From the NCBI GenBank assembly GCA_963708075.1, contig OY970194.1, positions 6,592,001 through 6,656,000 of the forward strand: 64,000 bases of DNA. Reading direction: 5' to 3'. The stretch comes from Sedimentisphaerales bacterium. GTDB lineage: Bacteria > Planctomycetota > Phycisphaerae > Sedimentisphaerales > Anaerobacaceae. Below the pieces are notes generated by a model. It ran no database searches and was not told the origin of the DNA. It was given only the letters and a program-made list of their open reading frames with translations. Both the position numbers and the translations under genes were made by a program. Each line of letters opens with the position of its first letter. Position 1 is the stretch's first letter. Shown piece after piece: positions 1-9,084 of the stretch.

Positions 1-1
1 T

Positions 2-1093
2 CGCAAGAACCTGTCCGTCAGCGAGGCCGAGATCGATGAGATGATGAAGAGCGACCCCAAGCTCACCCGCGAGCGAGCCGGCATGCTTGTACAGCGGACC
101 AAGGGCATGGCGCTGCTGGAGCAGTTCTATAAGGATCTGCTTACGAAGTTCCATCTCAAGCAGGCGACGGAGAACCTCGCGAAAGCGTCGGAGATTCACG
201 AGCGACTGCTGCGCAATCCGGCCAAGCCACGCAAGGAACCCTGGATCTTGAACAGCCAGGCGAGGGATGAGCTGACGCAGGAGGAAAAGGCGATGGTCCT
301 GGCGGCCTACGACGGCGGCGAGGTCACCTTGCGGGACTGGATGGAGACGCTGTGCGAGATGGCTCCCCCGCGGCGGCCACAGGACCTGGCCACCGTGGAA
401 GGGGTCGAGCGCCTGCTCGATAGAACGCTCCGATCCGCGATGCTCGTGGCGGAGGCGAAGGCCCGCGGGTACGACAAGGACCCCGAATACGTGCGCGAGA
501 TCAAGGACCTCGAAGATCAGCAGATCCTCTACAAGGTCCAGAGCGACAAGATGAGGGATGTCCCTGAGCCGAACGAGGGGCAGGTTAAGGCATTCTATGA
601 GAAGAACAAGGAGTGGTTCGCCGAGGGGCCCTTCCTGAAGGTCGATCCGATCTGGTGCAAGGATTTGGCGACGGCGCGGGAGGTGAAAGAGAAGCTTGAC
701 GGTGGGGCGGACTTTCGTGCGATGAAAGACGCGCACTCGCTGCAGAAGGAGATCGAGCCCTACAGGATCTCCCGCAGCAGCGAGGGACCGCTCTGGGACG
801 AGCTGTGGAAGGGCGAGCCCAACCAGGTGGTCGGGCCCGTGAAAGGGTTCTATGAGACAGGGCTTGCATGGCGCGTTGTGAAGATCCTGGAGAAGACGCC
901 CGCTCAGGACAGGGCGTACTCCGAGCAGCTCCAAAGCATGGTCAAGGGGACGATGTTCATGGAGCAACGAAAGGCGCTCCTCGATCTCTACAGCAAAGAG
1001 CTTCGTGAGAAGTACAGCTACGAATTGTATGCGGATCGGATTCAGGGCATCGATCCTCTGGATCCGGCCCTTTACGAGCAGACAAAACAGTGA
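2..1093 (+). CDS. PpiC/SurA/PrsA-like peptidyl-prolyl isomerase/foldase (5'-truncated by window edge)
   Basis: Frame is open from position 2. SurA-like helical segment (LVAEAKARGYDKDPEY), parvulin-like region (AREVKEKLDGGADF...GEPNQVVGPV...WRVVKILEK) and C-terminal helix (KELREKY). Confidence 0.75.
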   Translation, partial: RKNLSVSEAEIDEMMKSDPKLTRERAGMLVQRTKGMALLEQFYKDLLTKFHLKQATENLAKASEIHERLLRNPAKPRKEPWILNSQARDELTQEEKAMVLAAYDGGEVTLRDWMETLCEMAPPRRPQDLATVEGVERLLDRTLRSAMLVAEAKARGYDKDPEYVREIKDLEDQQILYKVQSDKMRDVPEPNEGQVKAFYEKNKEWFAEGPFLKVDPIWCKDLATAREVKEKLDGGADFRAMKDAHSLQKEIEPYRISRSSEGPLWDELWKGEPNQVVGPVKGFYETGLAWRVVKILEKTPAQDRAYSEQLQSMVKGTMFMEQRKALLDLYSKELREKYSYELYADRIQGIDPLDPALYEQTKQ

Positions 1094-1159
1094 CCCTCGT
1101 GCCGAGCAGTGCCCTGGGACCACTGCCATAAACGGATTGTAGCAGGGACGGTTCTGGGT

Positions 1160-2756
1160 ATGGTCTTCACGCTGCAACGATACATATTTCGAGAGCTGTT
1201 CAAAATCTTCCTGTTGGCGACGATCGCGCTGACGCTGATTTTGAGCCTCGGCGGGATCCTGCGGCCGGTTCAGGAGTACGGGGTGGGCCTGCAGCAGGTC
1301 CTGCATATCCTGCTCTACTTCATGCCGATCACGCTGACGTTCGTCCTGCCGATGGCGGCGCTGTTCGCCTCGGCGCTGGCCTACGGCCGCTTCGCCAGCG
1401 ACAACGAGCTGGACGCCTGCCGGGCCAGCGGAATCGGGGTTTCCACGCTCGTGTATCCGGGGCTGACCCTGGCCGTTCTCGTGGCGATCGCGAATCTGCT
1501 GTTGAGTTTTCACGTCATGCCGTACTTCGTCCGGCTCGCCGAGCGGTCGTTGAAGGCGGATGCCAAGCAGATCCTTTTCCGCAACATTCAGCGGCACGGG
1601 TACTACAGCCTGCCGCCCGATGAGCGGTACCTCATCTACGCGGATTATGCCGATGCGAAGACCGATACTCTCTACGGCATCGTCGTGATTGAGTCGTCGC
1701 AGGAGGGGCTCAAGCGGATCATCACCTGTGAGTCCGCCCAGGTATACTTCAACCCCCATGACAGGTTCAACGAGGTCCAGTTGACCGCGCAACACGAGGC
1801 AATTGGGCGGCCTCGACGACATGTGGTTTGAGATCGAGGCGGCGTCGTTCCGGCAGGAGTTCGGTTCGCTCCTGGGCGATGATATCAAATTCAAGAAGAT
1901 CGATGAGATGAAGCAGATCCGCGTCAATCCGCTGCTATTCGATCCCGTGGCGAAGACAGCCCATGAGCTGTATATGCAGCTTGCAGCGGAACTGCTGTCG
2001 CAGGACATACAGGCGAGATTGGCCACGTCTCCTGCCGCCTTCTACGAGCTCGAAGGGAAATCGCAGAGGGTCCGGCTCTCCGCGATGGGATGCGTCCTGG
2101 AGGACGAGCCGGCCGTGTCGCTGCGGCCCCCGGTGACCGTGGAGGAGTATGCAAAGCAGGGCGACAAGCCGCCTCGAAAGTTCCTCAGTGAGAAGGCCAT
2201 CCTCTACCTCGACGACACCACGCCGGACCTGCAGGTCCACCTGCAACTTTCCAGCGCCGAGGTCATCGGGACGGGGCAGTCAGTGATCCATCATGCCGCC
2301 GGCGGCCTCGCCATGCCGGAATCCATCAGGCAGGCTCTCCGCCGGACGCAGGCCGGAGGGTTGAGACTCGGGGGAGATTTGAGTTCTGTGCTGCAAGGTC
2401 CGCCGAGTCCGAAGCTCGCGGGCCTCCAGGCAATATTGGAGCGGCAAATCCGCGGGACGCTGGTCGATATCACGGGCGAGATCCACTCGCGGCTGGTCTT
2501 TGGCGTCGGTTGCATTCCGATGATTCTCATCGGAATTGGCTTGGGAATCCTCAAGCGGGGTGGACACCTGCTCAGCGCATTCGGCGCCAGTTGCGTGCCC
2601 GGCGCCGTATTGATCGTGGCGATCATCAGCGGCAGGCAGGTCGCAGGGAACACCCGTTGGGCCGAGGCCACGCCCGGGATCCTCATCATGTGGGCCGGCC
2701 TGGCGTTCCTGCTGCTTCTGGCCGCCATCATCTACTCCCGGCTCCTGCGACATTAG
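1160..2756 (+). CDS. LptF/LptG family LPS export permease (frameshift at ~1790)
   Basis: [10 protein letters not shown]-terminus, [29 protein letters not shown] motif, three C-terminal TM helices after EIHSRL. ORFs 1109-1831 and 1803-2756 join into one protein. Confidence 0.85.
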
Positions 2757-4069
2757 GTGTCGGCACGCTGTTTGATGGCCTGGCGGACCTCGCGGTTGAT
2801 GCGGGCGCTGCACCAGTGCTGGCCGCACATGGAGCAGTAGTCGGCCGAATGCAGCTCCGATGCGCCCATTTCCTCGCACGCCTCGCGATGCATCCGGTCG
2901 GCGGTCTTCGGGTCGAGGGACTCCCCGAAATGCGTCTGCCAGTCGAGGTTGCTCCGGGCCGTGCTCAGCCTCCTGTCGCGTTCATCCGCGCCCTTGAGGC
3001 CGCGGGCGATATCCGCCGCATGGGCGGCGATCCGGGCGGCGACAACGCCGGCCCGTACGTCCTCGGCGTTCGGCAATCCGAGGTGTTCCCGGGGTGTGAC
3101 GTAGCACAGGAAGGAGGCTCCGTAGAATGCCGCCGCGCAGCCGCCAATGGCGGACGTGATGTGATCGTAGCCGGGTGCGATGTCCGTCACCAGGGGACCG
3201 AGCACGTAGAAGGGGGCCCCGTGGCAGATCTCCTGCTGGAGCTCCATATTGCGCTGAATCTGATTGAACGGCACATGGCCGGGACCTTCCACCATGACCT
3301 GGCAGCCGCGTTCCTGTGCCCTCTGGGTCAGCTCGCCCAGCGTCCGCAACTCGGCGAGCTGCGCCTCGTCGGTGGCGTCGGCGATGGCGCCGGGACGCAG
3401 GCCGTCGCCGAGAGAGAAACACACATCGTATTCGACCATGATGTCGCACAGGTCGTCGAACAGCTCGTACACGGGATTCTGCTTATTGTGATGGAGCATC
3501 CACTTGGCCAGCAGGGCGCCGCCCCGGCTGACGATGCCGGCGACGCGCTTCTCGATCAGCGGCAGGTGCTCCCTCAGCACACCGGCGTGGATCGTAAAGA
3601 AATCGACCCCTTGCTTCGCCTGCTTTTCAATCGTCCGCAGGATGATGTCGTTGTCGATGTCTTCGACGTTCCTGCCCTCGATCACCTGATAGATCGGGAC
3701 GGTGCCGAAGGGGACCGGGCAATGCGCAAGCAGCTCGCTGCGGATTTCGTCAAGATTGCCACCGGTGCTGAGGTCCATCACCGCATCGGCCCCGACCTCC
3801 AGCGCCGCCTCCAGCTTCTCGATCTCGGCGGCCACGGAAGAGCGGACGCTGCTTGTCCCGATATTGGCATTGACCTTCGTCCTGAGCGCTCTGCCGATCC
3901 CCGCCGGCTTGAGATTGGTCTTCAGGTGGAGTCCGTTGGCCGGGATCACCAGCCGTCCCGCCGCCACCTCCGCCCGGATGAGCTCGGCATCCACCGCCTC
4001 GTCCCGCGCCACAGCCTGCATGGCCTGCGTGATCTTTCCGGCTCGAGCGTGCTCCAGTTGCGTCGTCAT
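2753..4069 (-). CDS. thiC: Phosphomethylpyrimidine synthase ThiC (short form)
   Basis: [58 protein letters not shown] and C-terminal CSMCGQHWC Fe-S motif. Upstream TPP riboswitch. Confidence 0.97.
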   Translation of the reverse strand: MTTQLEHARAGKITQAMQAVARDEAVDAELIRAEVAAGRLVIPANGLHLKTNLKPAGIGRALRTKVNANIGTSSVRSSVAAEIEKLEAALEVGADAVMDLSTGGNLDEIRSELLAHCPVPFGTVPIYQVIEGRNVEDIDNDIILRTIEKQAKQGVDFFTIHAGVLREHLPLIEKRVAGIVSRGGALLAKWMLHHNKQNPVYELFDDLCDIMVEYDVCFSLGDGLRPGAIADATDEAQLAELRTLGELTQRAQERGCQVMVEGPGHVPFNQIQRNMELQQEICHGAPFYVLGPLVTDIAPGYDHITSAIGGCAAAFYGASFLCYVTPREHLGLPNAEDVRAGVVAARIAAHAADIARGLKGADERDRRLSTARSNLDWQTHFGESLDPKTADRMHREACEEMGASELHSADYCSMCGQHWCSARINREVRQAIKQRADT

Positions 4070-4093
4070 GATTCTACACTCCTCGTTGCCAAT

Positions 4094-4120
4094 AAAAAAA
4101 TCGCTCCCGCAGGAAGCGAT
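4094..4120 (-). terminator. Intrinsic terminator; expression platform of the TPP riboswitch
   Basis: Minus strand ATCGCTTCC-TGC-GGGAGCGAT followed by a T run, between the aptamer and the thiC RBS. Confidence 0.85.
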
Positions 4121-4149
4121 TCGCCAACTCTCGATGCCTCGTTTGTCGC

Positions 4150-4277
4150 ATCGCTTTCCTACGCAGGCCTTCTCGCCCCCGCATCCGAGTTTCGGATGCG
4201 ATCCATGGAGCGATTATCCCGATCAGGTTCAAAGGGTTTTGTCTCAGACCCGCCTCACAGCAGGCCACCCCTAGCGA
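4150..4277 (-). ncRNA. TPP riboswitch (THI box) with 44-nt insertion in L5
   Basis: Minus strand TCGCT-AGGGGTG...CTGAGA...ACCCTTTGAACCTGATCGGGATAAT[44 nt]GCCTGCGTAGGAA-AGCGA. P1 TCGCT/AGCGA, P5 CGGG/CCTG. Lies directly upstream of thiC. Confidence 0.92.
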
Positions 4278-4285
4278 CCAAATCC

Positions 4286-4313
4286 ATTATACCGGACCGG
4301 CGGTACCGTTCAA
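4286..4313 (-). promoter_or_regulatory. Sigma70-type promoter for riboswitch-thiC
   Basis: Minus strand TTGAAC-16 nt-TATAAT; the predicted start site falls at the 5' end of P1. Confidence 0.65.
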
Positions 4314-4339
4314 GCAATTCTTCCCGATCTGAACGCCAT

Positions 4340-4533
4340 GTGTGCGACTACATTTTGTGGGGAAGGAGGCTCATTCTGTCATCCCGAGCCCATTCGACTA
4401 CGCTCAGGGCAGGCTGCGCGAGGGATCTGGCCGAGATTGCACGGTGCGCCTTTGCGATGCCAGATGTCTCGGCTACGCTGCGCTTCGCTCGACATGACAA
4501 ACGGGGGCTTCACCACGAAAATTAGTCGCACAC
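4340..4533. mobile_element. MITE-like element, copy A (194 bp), 8-bp TSD AACGCCAT
   Basis: TIRs GTGTGCGACTACATTTTGTGGGGAAG / CTTCACCACGAAAATTAGTCGCACAC (22/26 match). AACGCCAT at 4332-4339 and 4534-4541. Confidence 0.9.
4377..4499. repeat. TGTC/CGTC-type REP doublet with a nested second palindromic element (~4390-4415)
   Basis: TGTCATCCCGAGC...GCGAGGGATCTGGC and inverted partner GCCAGATGTCTCG...GCTCGACATGACA. Left arm is interrupted by CCATTCGACTACGCTCAGGGCAGGCT. Confidence 0.75.
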
Positions 4534-4577
4534 AACGCCATGTGCAGGAGCGTGCAGGAGAAACCTGAGCTTTCCAT

Positions 4578-4606
4578 TTGATCTCTCCGGAGCTTCGGGC
4601 TACAAT
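4578..4606 (+). promoter_or_regulatory. Putative sigma70 promoter of the TIR-CHAT gene
   Basis: TTGATC-17 nt-TACAAT; GGAGG RBS at 4686-4690 before ATG 4701. Confidence 0.5.
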
Positions 4607-4700
4607 AAGGTCGATAGAAGCGGCGTGCGGCACGGGTGAGACAGTGCCGGCGAGTTTCCATCTGTTATTGCGGGCCAGATGTCTTGGAGGTCATGGAAGA

Positions 4701-7700
4701 ATGCGCGACGGTCGCAACGCCGCTGTGTTCATCAGTCATGCCAGCGCCGACGATGAATTCGTAAAGCAATTGCGAGAATCGCTCGAAGCCCACCATATAC
4801 CCGTTTGGGTGGACTCCCGCGGCCTGCGGGGCGGCAGCAAGCTCGCGCCGGAGATCGCGCAGGCCATCGGCAACGCCCGACACTTCATCGCTGTGCTCGG
4901 CCCAGAAACCGTGAACTCACGATGGGTTCGCCGGGAGATCGAGCGGGGGCTATTGGTCGAAAAGCGGCGCAAAGCCGACGGCTATCGCGTCATTCCGCTC
5001 CTGCTCCCCGGCCTTGAGCCCGCCGCCCTGGAAGCCTGGTTCGATGAGGAGCCGACAGGCATTTCAGTTGGGACCGGCCCGGACGGCCTTTCCGCGGCCA
5101 TGCCTGACATCCTCGCTGCTCTGGGGGAACGCCTGCCCACCGGCAGCCAAATGGCTGCCCAGGCCGATGGCAAGCCGCTGGCGGAGCTCGTCCTCACGCT
5201 CGCGGACGCGAAGATCGAGACTCAGGAAGGCAAAAGGCGTGCCAGTGCCGTCGCTATGCTCACCTATGAGCCGGCTGACTCCGCTGTCAAGGGCATCGAG
5301 AGCCGCCGCTTCGCGTTCACCGCGCCGCTCGGGCCCATTGAGGCCGACGACCTGCGATGGTACCTGGAGCAGTATTTCCTCTGGCCGGTCGGCGTGTTCG
5401 AGAACCCGCGCTAAGGGCATTGAGAAGAAGTTGCCGCAATGGGGTAACGATCTCTTCCAAGCTGTGCTGGGCATCGACACCGCTCGCGAGGCGTTCTCCG
5501 CCTGGCAACATGCCGCCGACGGTGCCGAACGGCGCTTCTCAGTGCAGGTGAACAGTGATCTGCCCGACGGCGCGCCCGCCGAAGCCCAAGCCGCCGCGCG
5601 TGAGGCGGCGACTGAGCTTCTCTCCCTTCCGTGGGAGCTTCTGCACGATGGTCACGACTGGCTCTTCCAGGGAGCGCATCCTGCTCGGGTTCGCCGTCGT
5701 CTGCCAAGCCGTCAGGAACAGAAGGCACGTCCTGCAACCCTGCCCATCCGCATCCTGCTCGTCAGCCCGCGTCCGGAGCATGATGGCAAAGGCAACGACA
5801 TCGGTTATATCGACCACCGTATCAGCGCCCGGCCGCTGGTCGATGCGGTGGAAAGCCTCGGCGAGTTGGCGAAGCTCACGATTCTCACGCCGCCCACCTA
5901 CGCTGCACTGGATGAGGCCCTGCAGGCCGCCGCCGACCGCAATGAGCCGTTCGATGTCGTCCACTTCGACGGCCACGGAGTCTATGACCGTCACCTTGGC
6001 TTGGGCGGATTGTGCTTTGAAGATGCCAAAGACGCCGGCTTGCCGGAAAAGCGTCAGATGGAGTTCGTCGACGCTGTCAAACTGGGCGGTCTGTTCCGTC
6101 AACACCGCGTCCCGTTGGTGTTCCTGGAGGCCTGCCAGACGGCGGTGGCCGAGGTGGACCCGACGACCTCCGTGGCCGCGAGGCTGCTTGAAGAAGGTGT
6201 CACGTCCGTCGTGGCAATGAGCCACAGCGTGCTGGTCGAGACGGCCAGACGATTCGTGCAGGCATTCTATAAGTCATTGGCACAAGGTGCCCGCGTGGGC
6301 AAGGCCATGCTCGCCGGCCAGCGAGCGCTCTTCGATGACACCTGGCGCGGCAAGATCATGGGCGCGGGCGACCTGCGATTGCAGGACTGGTTTGTGCCCG
6401 TCGTCTACCAGGAGAAGCACGACCCGCAACTCATCACGAGAACTCCGGCAAGGGAGGTGCGCCAGCTCGAAGCCAGGAGGCGAAGGCTCAGCCTCGGCGC
6501 GCTGCCGGAAGAGCCGCCACACAGGTTCCAGGGGCGCAGCCATGAGCTGCTCGCCCTCGAACGGCTCCTGCACGACGAGCCCTGGGCCGTCGTGCGTGGT
6601 ACCGGTGGCTCGGGCAAGACTACGCTTGCCGCCGAGTTGGCCCGCTGGCTCACTCGCACAGGACGCTTTGCGCGGGCCGCCTTCGTGAGCCTCGAACACC
6701 ACCGCGACGCGCGTGCCGTGCTCGACACCCTCGGCCATCAACTCCTGCCCGACGGCGACAAATACTCTGTAGCCCAGTTCCCGAGCTTTGACAAAGCCCT
6801 TCAACCCGTAGAGCGGGCACTGGCGGACCACGCCACCATTATCGTCCTGGACAACTGCGAGAGCATCCTGGATGCAGGCGACGCCCTCACGGCGTTGCTC
6901 GACCTGTGCAAGCGGCTCCTCGACGCGGACCCAAGGATCCGCCTCGTCTTCACCATGCGTGAGCCGCTGCCCGCACCGTTCGACCACGCAGGCCGCCAGC
7001 GGGAACTGGGCGACTTGGCCCGCCCCGACGCCATCGAGCTGGTGGGCAAGGTAATGAAACAGAACGGTTGGACGCCGCCCGCCACCGACCCGGGCGGCAC
7101 GCCGCAGGAGATCACCGACTTGGTGGAGGCGGTGCACTGCCATGCCCGCGCCCTGGTGCTCCTGGCGGGCGAGGTGGCCCGTCGTGGCGTGAAGGCCACC
7201 ACCGCCAATCTCCGCGCTCTCATGGCCGAGTTGGAGCGCAAACACCCTGGCGACCGCGAAAACTCACTCTACGCCAGCGTCGAACTCTCCCTCCGTCGCC
7301 TCTCCCCCGAATCGCGCCAGCACGTTAAGGTGCTCGGCGTCTGCCAGGGTGGAGCATGTCTTCCCATTCTCGCGCACCTCACAGGCTTGGAAGTAGACGC
7401 TGCTCGCCAACTGGCCATTGAACTGATCGACGTCGGCTTAGCCGAAGACATGGGCTATGCCCACCTGCGCCTGGACCCCGGCCTGCCGCCATATCTGCTA
7501 GGCGAGTTGACTGGTGACGAAGCTATCGCCACACGCGCCAAGTGGGCCGAGGCCATGGCCCAACTCACCGTCTACCTCTACGAGGAGCAGTTCAAAGATG
7601 CCCAACTCGCCGCGCAACTGACGCTGCTGGAGTTGCCTAACCTCCTTGCGATGCTGGAGTGGGTTTCGGCCTCCGACTGGCCGGCGGAAAGCGTCGTAGG

Positions 7701-9069
7701 TCTGGCCGACAGCGTGGAAAGGCTAGTCGCCAACCTAGGCCAGCCCCAAGCTCTGGCCGTGGCCACGCGCGTGCGCGAACAAGCCGCTCGGAAACTGGGC
7801 GACTGGAGCCACGCCCGTTTCCTGACCGGGTCTTCCAACATTGACCGGCTGCTGGAACGCGGCGACCTGCCGGCCGCGCACGAGTGCGCCCAGCAACTCC
7901 TCGCAAAGTGCCGTGCCGCCGGTGAGGCTGCCTATCCTGAAGCGGCTTACGATCTCGCATCGGCATTTATCCGGCTCGGGCGAGCGTTAGGGTATAGTGG
8001 AGCGGCTGAAGCCGCATTGGAGCCGCTGGCGGAAGCACAGCGCCGATTCCAGCAACTGGCAAATGCCGGCGATGCTGACGCCGAGCAGGTGGCCTCGGCT
8101 GCCATCACCGAGACTGGCGACTGCCTGCGCAACTTGGGCCGGTTGGATGAAGCCGCCGCCGCATATGAAAAGGCTATCGAGCTCGACCAAGCAGGCAATC
8201 GCATGAGGGATGTTGCTGCTGGTAAGGGTCAACTTGGCACCGTGCGGATGTTGCAGAAACGCTACGCTGAGGCGCTCAAGGCTCACGCCGAAGCACGCGA
8301 CACCTTCGAAGCATTGGGGGAACCGCAAAATGTGGGCGCAATGTGGCACCAGATCGGGATGGTACATGAGAGCACTCACCGATTGGAGCTCGCTGAGCAG
8401 GCCTATCGCCAAGGTTTAGCCATTTTTGTGCGAGAGAACGATGCCCCACACCAAGGTATGAGTCTTGGCCAACTGGGCAGTCTCTACGACGCGATGGGCC
8501 GGTTGGAGGAAGCGGTCACGTTCTATCGGCAGGCCATTGGCGTTCGTGCGCGGCTGAAAGACCTTGCTGGCGAAGGGAGAACCCGCAGCAACTTGGCTGA
8601 CACGCTGACCAAGTTGCTGCGCTACGACGAGGCCCGGCAGGAACTCCAACGGGCGATTGAGTGCAAGAAACCTTACGGCCACGCCGCCGAACCGTGGAAG
8701 GCATGGTCACATCTCGAAGACCTCGAGCGCGCCACCAACCACGGTGAAGCCGCTGCTGCGGCCCGGGAACAGGCGATCCAGACCTATCTGGCCTATCGTC
8801 GCGCCGGCGGCGTTAGCCAGAGCTCTCGCGCCCGACTCTTCGACCTCGTCTCCCAAGCGATCAAGGAGAACGCTCCTGCGGAGGCCCGCCAACTTCTGTC
8901 CCAGCTTGCTTCGCGTCCCGACTTACCTCACTTCGCGAAAGCGTTGATCGCGGAACTCCAGTCGGTGCTCGTCGGCGAACGCGATCCTGCCCTTGCCGCT
9001 GACCCCGAACTCACTCCAAGGGACGCTGCTGAACTTCAACTGCTCCTGGAGAAGCTGCCGCTTGGGTGA
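4701..9069 (+). CDS. TIR-CHAT(caspase-like)-STAND NTPase-TPR protein, ~1455 aa when joined (extra base at ~5400)
   Basis: TIR: VFISHASADD...SRWVRRE. CHAT dyad: VVHFDGHG and FLEACQT. Walker A GTGGSGKTT, Walker B IIVLDNCE. C-terminal TPRs (GRLDEAAAAYEKAI, GRLEEAVTFYRQAI). ORFs 4578-5414 and 5014-9069 join at ...WPVGVF/RTRAKG. Confidence 0.88.
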
Positions 9070-9084
9070 TCCGACGATTTTGTC

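Noticed and set aside
2753..4069. BzaA/B/F (ThiC paralogue) assignment
   Set aside because: The leader is a TPP riboswitch, not a cobalamin one, and there are no cobamide genes nearby.
5390..5414. Programmed frameshift giving TIR-only and full-length products
   Set aside because: No slippery heptamer or long homopolymer (TTCGAGAACCCG), and many similar indels occur elsewhere. Not formally excluded without reads.
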